Shown: positions 49,354 through 59,280 of the stretch, piece after piece
Numbering within the stretch: the stretch's first letter is position 1
Layout of the letters: every line of letters starts with the position of its first letter
DNA from: Candidatus Latescibacterota bacterium
GTDB lineage: Bacteria; Latescibacterota; UBA2968; GCA-2709665
NCBI GenBank assembly: GCA_965205485.1
Contig: OZ242180.1
Span: forward strand, 320,001-384,000
Length of the DNA stretch: 64,000 nt
Reading direction: 5' to 3'
The notes under the pieces: model-generated
Database searches by the model: none
Seen by the model: the letters and a program-made list of their open reading frames with translations, nothing else
Told to the model about the DNA's origin: nothing
Made by a program: the position numbers and the translations under genes

Positions 49354-50346
49354 ATGTCACGAAGAATCCTGTTGTCCGCCAATATGCGGAATCCCGAATT
49401 CGACTCGGACAGCCGCCGTAAAGGGATGGAGAAACTGCGTGAGTTTGCCAGTGTGGACTACTATACAGGCGAGCTGACGGAAGACGAAGGAACTGGAGTG
49501 GTTGGGGTAATTGCGAGCTCATCGCATATACACGATGGCTTCTACGAAGCCGCGACGGACCTGCGAATCATCTCAAGATGGGGCGTCGGCTACGAGAAAG
49601 TCAACCTGGAGGCGGCCGCGCGGCACGGTGTGATCGTCACCATTGCCCCGGAACACATGGTCACGGTGGCCGAATACACCATTGCCCAGTGGATGGCGAC
49701 GTTGAAGAGGCTTTACACCCTCAACCGTCTCTCTCACGGCGGCGACTTCTCTCTCATCAGAACCTACGAAGCCGCGGAAACCACGCTTGGCCTTTACGGA
49801 TTCGGCCGGATCGGCCAGGCCGTCGCCGAACGCGCCAGGCCTCTCCTGGGCGAAAGGGGGCGCCTGCTCGTCTACGACGTCCGCCCGGACATCGCCGAAC
49901 TCGCGGCACGATTCGGGGCGGAAACAGTCGGGGATCCGATCGACCTGTTCAGGGAGTGCGACACCGTCTCCCTGCATGTATCCGGAGCCGACACCCTCGT
50001 CACATACGATCTCCTTTGCGCCATGCAGCCCCATGCCACCCTCATCAACCCCTCGAGGGGCACTCTGGTGGATGACGTCGCCGTCAACCGCGCCATTGTC
50101 GAAGAGCGACTCTGGTACTACGTGGTAGACGACCCGGTGGACGGCCCGCGCGCTATCCACAAGGGGCATCCACGGATCATTTGTACCAACCACAACGCCG
50201 GAATGACCGACGCTTCGGCGGTACGCCTGGACCACAGGACCTTCGGCCAGGTCGCCGACGCCCTGGAGGGCCGGGAACCCGCGCACATCATCAATCCGGA
50301 CGTGCTGGACCACCCCAGGGTCAGGTCCTTCCTGGGCAGGAGTTAG
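49354..50346 (+). CDS. D-isomer-specific 2-hydroxyacid dehydrogenase family protein
   Basis: RWGVGYEKV; GFGRIG; NPSRG; TNHNAG. Confidence 0.85.
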   Translation: MSRRILLSANMRNPEFDSDSRRKGMEKLREFASVDYYTGELTEDEGTGVVGVIASSSHIHDGFYEAATDLRIISRWGVGYEKVNLEAAARHGVIVTIAPEHMVTVAEYTIAQWMATLKRLYTLNRLSHGGDFSLIRTYEAAETTLGLYGFGRIGQAVAERARPLLGERGRLLVYDVRPDIAELAARFGAETVGDPIDLFRECDTVSLHVSGADTLVTYDLLCAMQPHATLINPSRGTLVDDVAVNRAIVEERLWYYVVDDPVDGPRAIHKGHPRIICTNHNAGMTDASAVRLDHRTFGQVADALEGREPAHIINPDVLDHPRVRSFLGRS

Positions 50347-50397
50347 CAACCCGAACGACGACGGGTTCGCGTCCATCTGACCCCGACCGCTACTGCC

Positions 50398-50725
50398 ATG
50401 CGCGCTACTGCGCGGCCTCATCTCCATTCTCTTTCGCCTGCCCCAATACATCAGACTCTCCTGGCGTCTGATGAAAGATCCGCGCGTGCCATGGTACAGC
50501 AAGCTTCTTGTCTACGTCATCATTCTCTACGGGATTTCTCCCGTGGACCTGCTGCCGGAAGCATTGTTCCCCCACCTGGGCTATGGAGAAGATATCCTGT
50601 TGTTCCTGCTGGCGCTGCAGCAGCTGATCAGAAGCAGCCCGACGGACGTCGTCACCGGGCACGCCAGTGATATTGCCGAAGAGAAACGTCGCCGGAAAGA
50701 AGACCGTCCCGGCGCGGCGACGTGA
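50398..50725 (+). CDS. YkvA/DUF1232-like small membrane protein; start uncertain (first in-frame ATG is 50471)
   Basis: DPRVPWYSK...YGISPVDLLPE...LGYGED; the frame stays open upstream of 50471 but ATG 50398 is out of frame. Confidence 0.6.
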
Positions 50726-50743
50726 GGTTCACGACCCGAAGAC

Positions 50744-51817
50744 ATGGCGATCAAACCATCCAAACGCGCGGCGATTAAACGTGGCCTGCTCGCCTGGTAT
50801 CGACGGGAAAAGCGGGATCTTCCGTGGCGCGGTACGACCGATCCATACCACGTCCTGCTCTCCGAGTTCATGCTCCAGCAGACGCAGGTCGAGACCGTAA
50901 TTCCTTACTACCGGCGTTTCCTGAGGGAGTTTCCTACCGTGCAGGATCTCGCCGGTACGCCGCGCGACCGTGTTCTCAAGGCCTGGGAGGGCCTCGGGTA
51001 CTACACCCGCGCACGAAATCTGCACCGGACGGCCCGTTACATCGTTGACAGATTCGACGGCGCCGTGCCCGATGTCTACGACGAACTCGCCTCTCTGCCC
51101 GGTTTCGGACCGTATACCACGGCCGCGGTCCTGAGCATTGCCTATGACCGCGACTACGCCGTACTCGACGGCAACGTGATCCGGGTGCTGTGCCGCCTCT
51201 TCGGTATTCAGGACGACGTGGGGCAAACCCGCACCAGAGCGATTCTTCAGAAACTGGCGGACAACCTGCTGCACCGCGGCGACGCCGGCGAACACAACCA
51301 GGCGATGATGGAACTTGGCGCAACCGTCTGCCGTCCTCGCGCGCCGCGTTGCGGTTCGTGCCCCGTAAACAGACACTGTGCCGCGTTTCACGCCGGCATC
51401 GTGGATTCGCTCCCGGTCAAAGCACGAAAGAAACCGCGTCCTCATTACATCCTGGGCGTTGGAATCGTATCCCGGAAAGACTGCGTCCTGATCGCCCGGC
51501 GGCCGGAAAACGGACTTCTCGGCGGGCTCTGGGAATTCCCCTCGGCCCGTCAGGCGAACGAAGAGTCGTTGAGTGACACCTGTATTCGCGCCGTACGCGA
51601 GGCAGCCGGCGTCGACGCGGCCGTACGAAACCGGTTCAGAACCGTCAAACACGCATTTACCCATTTCAGCGTGACCATGCACGCCTTTCAATGCGACTAT
51701 ACGGGCGGAGTGGCGCGCGCGCGCAACGGTTCTGACGTGAGATGGGTCGAGCCCGACAATCTCGGAGATTTTGCTTTCTCCAGGGCGAACCGGAAACTCA
51801 TCGAATACCTGGACTGA
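50744..51817 (+). CDS. mutY: A/G-specific adenine DNA glycosylase
   Basis: RDLPWR; SEFMLQQTQV; WEGLGYY; DGNVIRV; CRPRAPRCGSCPVNRHC Fe-S motif; LGGLWEFP. Confidence 0.96.
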   Translation: MAIKPSKRAAIKRGLLAWYRREKRDLPWRGTTDPYHVLLSEFMLQQTQVETVIPYYRRFLREFPTVQDLAGTPRDRVLKAWEGLGYYTRARNLHRTARYIVDRFDGAVPDVYDELASLPGFGPYTTAAVLSIAYDRDYAVLDGNVIRVLCRLFGIQDDVGQTRTRAILQKLADNLLHRGDAGEHNQAMMELGATVCRPRAPRCGSCPVNRHCAAFHAGIVDSLPVKARKKPRPHYILGVGIVSRKDCVLIARRPENGLLGGLWEFPSARQANEESLSDTCIRAVREAAGVDAAVRNRFRTVKHAFTHFSVTMHAFQCDYTGGVARARNGSDVRWVEPDNLGDFAFSRANRKLIEYLD

Positions 51818-52028
51818 ACTGACCCTATGTGGTGTGAGAAGGGAGAGGGGAGACGGGAGAGACTTCCTGCCCCTCGTGGTCTCATTTGTTGTCGTTGACA
51901 TAAACGAAGAACCGGTCGGGCAAGGACGCCTTCTCACGGCTCACGGCTCCCGTCTTCCCGATTCAAAGCTCTCCCTCTTCCGGCTCGCCTCTTTACGAAG
52001 TTAGACGTAACCGATTGAGAGAACGACC

Positions 52029-52766
52029 ATGACAAAGTCGTTTATGGACCTCACCGGCCGCGTTGCGCTCGTGACCGGCGCCGCCCGTGGCATCGGATCC
52101 GCGATCGCGGAACGCCTGTCGAGCGCGGGCGCGACCGTCGCCATCGCGGACCTCGACCCGGCGACCGCCCCGTCTTCCACCATCAGCCTGGCCGTGAAGG
52201 CGGATGTATCCTGTAGCGAAGACGTGACCCGGATGGTGAAAACCGTTCTCGACAGCCTGGGCCAGATCGACATCCTGGTCAATAACGCCGGCGTTGTGGG
52301 CCCGGAGGCGCCGGTGCGGGACCTGAGCGAAGCCGACTGGGACCGCGTGATGAACACCAACGTCAAGGGCGTCTTCCTCTGCTCGCGCGCGGTCATCCCA
52401 CACATGGCGGAACGTAAGAAGGGCGCGATCGTATCCATCGCCTCGATCTCGGGTAAGGAGGGAAACGCCAACATGGCGGCCTACTCGGTCTCCAAGGCCG
52501 GTGTCATCTGTTTTACGAAGGCTCTGGCAAGAGAGGTGCTCGACGACAACATACGCGTCAATTGCGTCGCGCCGGCGCTCATCGAAACCGAAATGACCCT
52601 GAGCCTGGATCCGGAACGGGCCGCCGTTCTCACGTCCAAAATACCGATGGGCCGCCTCGGCAAACCCGGCGAGGTCGCCGCATTGGTACACTTTCTGGCC
52701 TCCGACGAAGCCACCTTTACAACGGGTCAGTGCTACGACGTCAGCGGCGGACGCGCCACGTACTGA
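52029..52766 (+). CDS. SDR-family NAD(P)-dependent oxidoreductase
   Basis: TGAARGIG; NNAG; YSVSK. Confidence 0.93.
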   Translation: MTKSFMDLTGRVALVTGAARGIGSAIAERLSSAGATVAIADLDPATAPSSTISLAVKADVSCSEDVTRMVKTVLDSLGQIDILVNNAGVVGPEAPVRDLSEADWDRVMNTNVKGVFLCSRAVIPHMAERKKGAIVSIASISGKEGNANMAAYSVSKAGVICFTKALAREVLDDNIRVNCVAPALIETEMTLSLDPERAAVLTSKIPMGRLGKPGEVAALVHFLASDEATFTTGQCYDVSGGRATY

Positions 52767-52792
52767 ACGGCGTACCCGCCCTGGAGGAAAGC

Positions 52793-52822
52793 AAAAGGCC
52801 CGGACTGCTGTCCGGGCCTTTT
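52793..52822. terminator. Bidirectional intrinsic terminator
   Basis: AAAAGGCCCGGAC-TGCT-GTCCGGGCCTTTT between convergent genes. Confidence 0.85.
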
Positions 52823-52846
52823 CGCGTTTGTCTTCAACGAGCCGTA

Positions 52847-53011
52847 CTACCCCAGCGGCTGGGCGGTCCAGACCTCGCGCAGATAGACGATGAGGGCGGC
52901 GAACAGCGTGACCACAATCGCAACGGCAACGGCCAGCAGCACCAGGAACACCCTCGAAGGAGGACGCCTGGGGTCGCCCGGCGGATACGATTTGAAAGGA
53001 TCGGGGTCCAT
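52847..53011 (-). CDS. Small single-TM hypothetical protein (54 aa)
   Basis: MDPDPFKSYPPGDPRRPPSRVFLVLLAVAVAIVVTLFAALIVYL; fits between lolC/E and the terminator. Confidence 0.5.
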   Translation of the reverse strand: MDPDPFKSYPPGDPRRPPSRVFLVLLAVAVAIVVTLFAALIVYLREVWTAQPLG

Positions 53012-53033
53012 TTTGGCTTTCCGGGACAGGAAA

Positions 53034-54284
53034 TTACGACCTGATTGCTTCAACGGGGTCCAGCGCGGCGGCGTCTCTGGCAGGGAACAGCGTGAACAGG
53101 TAACAGATCAGGGCGGCGGAAACCGAAATCGCCAGGAAATCAGACGCCTGCATCTCCACGGGCAATGCATGGGTGATCAGGACGTCTCCCGGAATCTTCA
53201 ACAGTTCGTACCGCTGCTGCACCCAGCACAGGGCGAGCCCCAGCAGATTTCCCAGCATCACGCCGGACAGCCCGACAGCCAGGCCCTGCCAGGTAAATAT
53301 CCGTCCGATCCTGTGCGGCGGCACCCCAAGGGCCTTTAGAATGCCAATCTCCCGGCGCCTTTCCGCTACGTTCATGGTCAGTACGCTGACGATGTTGAAG
53401 CCGGCGACGACAACGATCAGCCCGATACCCAGAAAACTCGCCCACTTCTCCAGGTGAATCGAAAAATACAGATTGCCGTGGTCCCGCATCCAGGGACGCA
53501 CGATAAGCGCCGGGTCCAGCCGCCGGACCGATTCCTCAACGACCGCACTGATTTCCTGTGCCCCAAACGCATCGTCGAACCGGAGGCGGGCGCCTGTTAT
53601 CTGGCGCTCCCAACCCAGGTCCCTTCGGGCCGCGTCGAGCGAGACATACGCCAGACCGCTATCGATCTCCGGATTGCCCGAGCTGAAGATGCCGGTGACC
53701 ACGTAACGCCGGAACCGGGTCTGCGCGGCGAAGATATCCTGCGGCAGGATCCAGAGATGTACTTCCGATCCCACCCGAACGCCCAGTTGATCGGCGAGAT
53801 AGCGCCCGATCACGATCCCGAATACGCGCCCGCGGCCTTCCGTTTCCCGGGCGCCGAGATCCAGCGCGCCTCCCCATATATAGTCCGCCAGATCGCTTAC
53901 CGCCTTCAGTCCGTCCGGCGTTACGCCCCTCACCATCACACCCGCGCTATAGACGTCGTCGTCGAAGGAACGGTGCAACAGGGCGCCTTCCGAAGCCACA
54001 AATGGAGAAACGGCAGTCACCTGCGGATGGGCGGACAGCGCGTTCAGGAGTTTCCGCGGGGACTCGATCCGCTGCCCCGCCTCGTTCCTGACCGTCGCAT
54101 GCGCGTTCACGCCAAGCAACCGGTCCCATACCAGCGTTGAGAATCCGTTCGACACGGACAACACGATCACCAGCGCCGCCACGCCAAGACCTACGCCGGC
54201 AGCCGCCACCACCACCGTAAACGAGACCCGCTTCCGACGCCGCATCGAGCGAAGATACCGTCCTGCAATCAGGAACTCATACAT
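53034..54284 (-). CDS. LolC/E-family lipoprotein-releasing ABC permease
   Basis: IAGRYLRS; GVAALVIVLSVSNGF; VAGFNIVSVLTMNVAERRREIGILKALG; AAALDPVEAIR. Confidence 0.88.
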   Translation of the reverse strand: MYEFLIAGRYLRSMRRRKRVSFTVVVAAAGVGLGVAALVIVLSVSNGFSTLVWDRLLGVNAHATVRNEAGQRIESPRKLLNALSAHPQVTAVSPFVASEGALLHRSFDDDVYSAGVMVRGVTPDGLKAVSDLADYIWGGALDLGARETEGRGRVFGIVIGRYLADQLGVRVGSEVHLWILPQDIFAAQTRFRRYVVTGIFSSGNPEIDSGLAYVSLDAARRDLGWERQITGARLRFDDAFGAQEISAVVEESVRRLDPALIVRPWMRDHGNLYFSIHLEKWASFLGIGLIVVVAGFNIVSVLTMNVAERRREIGILKALGVPPHRIGRIFTWQGLAVGLSGVMLGNLLGLALCWVQQRYELLKIPGDVLITHALPVEMQASDFLAISVSAALICYLFTLFPARDAAALDPVEAIRS

Positions 54285-54367
54285 CACGCATCCTTCGTCC
54301 GGGTTCGGAGACATCGCCGGGGACGACGCGGCTGCCCCGCGTGTACGGCGCCGCCGCGCGCCGCCGA

Positions 54368-55627
54368 TCACTCATAACGGATTGCATCCACCGGATCCAG
54401 GGCCGCCGCGTCCCTGGACGGAAAAAGGCTGAACAGGTAACAGATCAGTAAGGCGCACAGGGATACGAGCCCGAAATCCTCGGGGCGCATCTCCACCGGC
54501 AGCGAACTGACGTAATAGACCTCACCCGGCACCCGAATCACCTCGAATTGCTTCTGAACCCAGCAGAGCGAGAACCCAAGCAGATTCCCGATTGCGATTC
54601 CCGCAACGCCAACGACCACACCCTCCAGGGTAAAAATACGGCCGATTCGTCCCGGGATCATTCCCATTGCCTTCAGGATTCCAATTTCCCGGCGACGGTC
54701 CGTGACATTCATCGTGAGAATGCTGATGATGTTGAATCCCGCCACAACGACGATCAGGCTCAGAATGAGGAAAAACGTCCACTTCTGCAACTGGACCAAT
54801 ACGTAGAAATTCCCGAAGTTTCGAATCCACGAAGACGCGAAGAGACCGGGATGGGTCTCACGGAGGAGCTGCCTGAACGTCGCGTCCAGCCGTTCGGCCG
54901 CCATCGGATCCCGCAATCGCAATCGAATCCCGGTGACAGCGTCCCGCCAGCCCAGATCCCGCCTCGCGGCTTCAAGTGAGATATATGCGAGCCTGGAATC
55001 GAACTCGAAATAACCCGTGCTGAAGACCCCGGTCACCCGGTAACGCTGCCAACGGCGCCCGCGTTCGCCGAAAACCTCTTTGGGTACCAGGCCCAGGTAC
55101 AGGTCGTCCCCCGGGCCCGCATCCAGCCTCTGCGCAAGAACCTGGCCCACCAGGATGCCGTGAACCGCCCGTGAGCCCCTTTTCTCACGTGGACCGAGAT
55201 CAATCGTTCCGTCCCGGATGTACGTGCCGATGTCGCTGGTGCGCACGAAGGCCGACGGGTCCACACCTCGCACCAGAACGCCAGATTTCACCACAGCCCC
55301 TTTGCCCGGTTTCCGGAAGACAAAACCCTCCGCGTGAATAAACGGAGACGCCGCAAGCACTTCGGGCTGGTCTTCCAGGGTGCGGATCACTGGCTTATAG
55401 TCCGCAATGGGCTTGCGATAGGACCTGCGCACCGTCACGTGCGCGTTCACGCCCAGCAGACGCTCACGGATCATATTGGCATAACCGTTCATGACGGACA
55501 TCACGATCACCAGCGACCCCACACCCAGCGCCACGCCTACAGCCGCGATACAGATCGTAAAGGAGATTCGCCTCCTGGCGCGCAAGGACCGGAAATGCCG
55601 GCGCGCGATCATGAACTCAGGGTTCAT
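54368..55627 (-). CDS. LolC/E-family lipoprotein-releasing ABC permease
   Basis: GVGSLVIVMSVMNG; VAGFNIISILTMNVTDRRREIGILKAMG; VYYVSSLPVE; DPVDAIRYE. Confidence 0.88.
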   Translation of the reverse strand: MNPEFMIARRHFRSLRARRRISFTICIAAVGVALGVGSLVIVMSVMNGYANMIRERLLGVNAHVTVRRSYRKPIADYKPVIRTLEDQPEVLAASPFIHAEGFVFRKPGKGAVVKSGVLVRGVDPSAFVRTSDIGTYIRDGTIDLGPREKRGSRAVHGILVGQVLAQRLDAGPGDDLYLGLVPKEVFGERGRRWQRYRVTGVFSTGYFEFDSRLAYISLEAARRDLGWRDAVTGIRLRLRDPMAAERLDATFRQLLRETHPGLFASSWIRNFGNFYVLVQLQKWTFFLILSLIVVVAGFNIISILTMNVTDRRREIGILKAMGMIPGRIGRIFTLEGVVVGVAGIAIGNLLGFSLCWVQKQFEVIRVPGEVYYVSSLPVEMRPEDFGLVSLCALLICYLFSLFPSRDAAALDPVDAIRYE

Positions 55628-55810
55628 CCACAGCTCCCTCCGAGTCGGCAGACCCATCGGTTGTGAAGGGCGGGAACGGCAACGCTTCCACAAACAAAAA
55701 ATCCGGATCTGAAGACGAACTGCTGTTCAGATTCGGAATTTGCGGTTTTATCGTCCACCCGGCGCTGGGGCACCGCCTGGACATCCTGTTCACTTGTTAA
55801 AAACGAATTC

Positions 55811-56026
55811 AGAAGTTGTATTTAAAATTACCGGTGAGTTCCCGAGCGCGAGCGAAAAAGCGGCGGTTATGAGGCGCGAGGGGCGCGCAGCGCCGACGGG
55901 AGAATCCGCCCATATACTAATGTATCGTGGCTGCGCGCCCCTCGCCACTCTTGGGTGGATTTGACCAACGCCGACCGGCGCTTTTGCAGCCGTGCGAAGA
56001 CCGCTGGGAATTTTAAAACAGCTTCT
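55811..56026. mobile_element. MITE-like element family A, full copy with a different core
   Basis: AGAAGTTGTATTTAAAATTACCGGTGAGTTCCCGAGCGCG...GGAATTTTAAAACAGCTTCT; arms match 32023-32210. Confidence 0.75.
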
Positions 56027-56775
56027 TAGTTCAGTCCGCGAAGCCGGTTTCTCAAGATCGCGGCCTGTTCGTAACGCTCCCGTGCGACCGCCGTCTGGAT
56101 TTGTGCCAGAAGGTCTTCCCTGGCGGGAACGGGATATTGCCGCCGAATCTCCTCCTCCCAGTCCTCCAGCGTACGAAGCTCATCGCTGGATTCGAGCGAG
56201 TCGGGTTCCCCTGACCCGATCAGGAAGCTCCGAATCTCCTCGATACCCTCCCGGACCACCTCCAGTGCACCCTTGGAATCTCCATTCTGCAGACAGATTT
56301 CCCCCTTCGACCTGGTATGCACCATGAGCACACATGTTCTTGAACGCTCGAATTCACACTTTATCTCTTCATCGCCTGCGAATGTCCTCACCAGATCCAG
56401 CAGTGCCAGATTGTGCGTTGTGTCTCGCAGAACCCCTTCGTAATCGCCCAGGTGCATCAGACAGACGTACCGCTGATAGAATTGCACGCCCTCCGTCCAC
56501 AACACATTGCATGCCTGTTCATCCAGACGGAACCCTTCGTCTGAACCGTGTTGCCCCCGGTGGGCTTCCAGGCGATCCAGGTACGCATCGAGGGCCGACC
56601 CATATCCTTTGGGTGACTTGCCGTCAGGGCGACCGGTCATTTCCATCTGAAGGAGGCCCAGTTCGAAACGGACCTGGAGCTTTTCCCTTCCGTCGATTCC
56701 CACGATCTTTCTGGCGCAGGTCTTTTGAGGATCGAAGATCCAGCGTTTGAAAATCGGTGACAGATCCTGTTCCAC
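56026..56775 (-). CDS. UvrB/UvrC (UVR) motif-containing protein
   Basis: LGLLQMEMTGRPDG; C-terminal QTAVARERYEQAAILRNRL. Confidence 0.8.
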   Translation of the reverse strand: MEQDLSPIFKRWIFDPQKTCARKIVGIDGREKLQVRFELGLLQMEMTGRPDGKSPKGYGSALDAYLDRLEAHRGQHGSDEGFRLDEQACNVLWTEGVQFYQRYVCLMHLGDYEGVLRDTTHNLALLDLVRTFAGDEEIKCEFERSRTCVLMVHTRSKGEICLQNGDSKGALEVVREGIEEIRSFLIGSGEPDSLESSDELRTLEDWEEEIRRQYPVPAREDLLAQIQTAVARERYEQAAILRNRLRGLN

Positions 56776-57074
56776 AATAAAATCTCAATTCGAAAAAAAG
56801 ATAAGCGCCAAATTGGCCACAAAAAGCCTGTATGCGGGTAGAGAGAAGAAAAAATGCGGGGAGACGGGAGACGTAAGAGACGACCTGCCTCGTTGGGTTT
56901 CAAATTATGCCGGAGGCATAGAGGAGGAACAGATCGGCAAGGATTTCTTCTCCCGGCTTCCGTCTCACCTCTTCCCGCCTCTGGAAGAATATACAAATGG
57001 CTGTTTAAAGTCAACCCGTTTCGCCGGGCTTCCCGCGGTCGCAATCCGGAATATGCGTAGTGAAGTCGTTTTTC

Positions 57075-57103
57075 TTGACAAGGACTTTCCGGCTAAGTAT
57101 TTT
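57075..57103 (+). promoter_or_regulatory. Sigma70-type promoter of rsgA
   Basis: TTGACA-17 nt-TATTTT. Confidence 0.6.
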
Positions 57104-57231
57104 CCGTGCCCGGCGACCCACGACTCGATGACTCACATCAACCATAAACCGTCTTTTTTCAGCACGTTGGAAAGTCCAGGATTCCCGGCGCAACAGGCGA
57201 ATCGGAACACCATCAACTGTCCGGAACCGCT

Positions 57232-58191
57232 ATGGAGCACATCGAAGGCATCGTCATCAGGGAACACCGGAGGCACTACTATGTCGCCGCCGAAAACCGG
57301 GTGCTGGACTGTGCCGTCTCGAGCAAATTGAGAAAACAGCTTCACTATCCCGAAGCGGCGCCCGGTTCACGGAGAAAGCGGGTACAGGCCGTCCGACGCA
57401 CGCGAGTCGTGGATCCCGTCGCCATCGGCGACCGGGTACGCATTGATACAGGAGAAGGAAATACCGGTCTGATCCGTGAGATTCTGCCGAGGCGGAACAA
57501 GATATCCAGACGGGCATCCGGCAGTTCACGGAAAGAGCAGATCCTGGCCGCCAACATCGACCAGCTCATCCCGGTCTTTTCCGTGGCGGAACCGCCTCCG
57601 GACTGGCGTATGCTCGACCGTATGCTGGCCGTCGCGGAATGGTGTGAGATCCCGGCCGCCGTCTGTCTCAACAAACTGGATCTGCCCTGCCCCGCCGCGT
57701 TCGAGACGACGGCTTCGATTTACGAAGAAATCGGCTACCCGGTTGTTTATACGAGCGTCATTTCCAACAGAGGCGAGGAAGCGTTCCTGGACCTTCTCAG
57801 GAATCGGATTTCGCTCTTCATGGGACCTTCGGGAGTGGGTAAATCCAGCCTGCTCAACTGGCTGCAGCCCGGACTCGAGCTGCGGACGAGCGAAGTCAGC
57901 GAGACCACCGGAGAAGGCCGTCACACGACCACCCACACGGAACTCGTCGAACTGGAAGCCGGCGGCATGGTCGGCGATCTGCCGGGCATGAGGGAATTCC
58001 ACCTTTGGGAAGTCGATACGGAAGAAATCCCCGGGCTCTTTCCGGAATTTCGGAACCTCTCCGGACACTGCCGATTCCGAGACTGCACCCACGTCGGCGA
58101 GCCGGGCTGCATCGTCAGGGATGCAGTGGACCGCGAGGAAGTTTCCCGCCAGCGATACGAATCGTACCTCCAGCTCCGCAAGAATCCCTGA
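57232..58191 (+). CDS. rsgA: Ribosome small subunit-dependent GTPase A
   Basis: Permuted GTPase motifs NKLD, GPSGVGKSS, GRHTTT, DLPG; CRFRDCTHVGEPGC zinc finger. Confidence 0.95.
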   Translation: MEHIEGIVIREHRRHYYVAAENRVLDCAVSSKLRKQLHYPEAAPGSRRKRVQAVRRTRVVDPVAIGDRVRIDTGEGNTGLIREILPRRNKISRRASGSSRKEQILAANIDQLIPVFSVAEPPPDWRMLDRMLAVAEWCEIPAAVCLNKLDLPCPAAFETTASIYEEIGYPVVYTSVISNRGEEAFLDLLRNRISLFMGPSGVGKSSLLNWLQPGLELRTSEVSETTGEGRHTTTHTELVELEAGGMVGDLPGMREFHLWEVDTEEIPGLFPEFRNLSGHCRFRDCTHVGEPGCIVRDAVDREEVSRQRYESYLQLRKNP

Positions 58192-58217
58192 AGCAACCGG
58201 GAAACCGCGGTTCGAAC

Positions 58218-59279
58218 CTACCCGTATTTCTCCCTAAGCTGTCGCGCGGCCCCTGCCTCGTTGCGCAGTTTGGCGAAAGCCTCTTCAACGGGGATCTCCG
58301 CCGCATTGCCCGGGGCAAAGCCGCAGTCGGGATTCAGGAGTATCTGTTCCGGACGCAGGAATTCCAGAGCCATTTCCACCCGATGCGCAATCTCGGCAAC
58401 CGGATCGATGCTGGGAGACCTGCAGTCCACACAACCCAATCCCACCTGCCTGTCTTGCGGGATCTGTTCCAATACGTCCACATCGCCCGCGGCGGGGACG
58501 GTAAATTCCATTACGTATTGATCCACGTTCAATCGCAGCAGGGCGGACAGAATCGGTCCGTATCCGCCCTCGCCGACCCAGCCGGCCCGGCCCTTGTTTC
58601 TCCGGCACAGATGCACGGCCAGGGCCAAACCGTCAACGCCGTCCACAATCTGATTCAGGAGATCCACGCAAAGGTCCACCTCCCGGTCCGGGTTCTCGTA
58701 CTTTCCGCGAACATCGGGATCCACAAACAGACAGAGATGCGGATCGTCGAACTGGACCACGTCGGCGCCCGCGTCCCGCAGCAGCAGCAGTTCGCCCCTC
58801 AGAATCGGCACCAGCGCGCGCATAAACGCCTCGCGCGTGGGATACGCGTCAATCGAACGTTGCGGATGCCACATCCGCTGGCCCAGCAGATAGGGAGAAG
58901 GCAGACACACCTTGATGGCTTTACCGGTCCGCGCCTTCAGATATTTCGCCTCTGCCGCGGCAAGACCCGTCCGTTTCGCTTCGACGGGTTCCACGACCGT
59001 GTGCCACCAGAGTCCTTCCTTCCGTTCGCGCACGAACCCGTCCGCGACGTCGGCTATAATGCCGATATAGGAACGGCGGCGGTACTCCCCGTCGGAAACG
59101 ATGTCCAGCCCGGCGGCCTCCTGCAACGCCAGAACGTAGTCAACGGCGGCATCCATCCGGACGGAAAACTCGTCGGGATCATGAGGCGCTTTACCGGGGT
59201 CCAGCAAATCGCGCACAAACTGCGACCGGGGCATGCTCCCGACGACGCCCGCGGGGAATAGAACCGGGTTGCTTCCCAA
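58218..59279 (-). CDS. Cobalamin-independent methionine synthase II-family (single-barrel MetE-like) protein
   Basis: VGSMPRS; GLDIVSDGEYRR; QFDDP; HLC; NPDCGF. Confidence 0.88.
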   Translation of the reverse strand: MGSNPVLFPAGVVGSMPRSQFVRDLLDPGKAPHDPDEFSVRMDAAVDYVLALQEAAGLDIVSDGEYRRRSYIGIIADVADGFVRERKEGLWWHTVVEPVEAKRTGLAAAEAKYLKARTGKAIKVCLPSPYLLGQRMWHPQRSIDAYPTREAFMRALVPILRGELLLLRDAGADVVQFDDPHLCLFVDPDVRGKYENPDREVDLCVDLLNQIVDGVDGLALAVHLCRRNKGRAGWVGEGGYGPILSALLRLNVDQYVMEFTVPAAGDVDVLEQIPQDRQVGLGCVDCRSPSIDPVAEIAHRVEMALEFLRPEQILLNPDCGFAPGNAAEIPVEEAFAKLRNEAGAARQLREKYG

Positions 59280-59280
59280 A

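Noticed and set aside
56747..57331. 194-aa plus-strand ORF
   Set aside because: Spans a divergent promoter region and repeat tracts, overlaps both neighbours, no motifs
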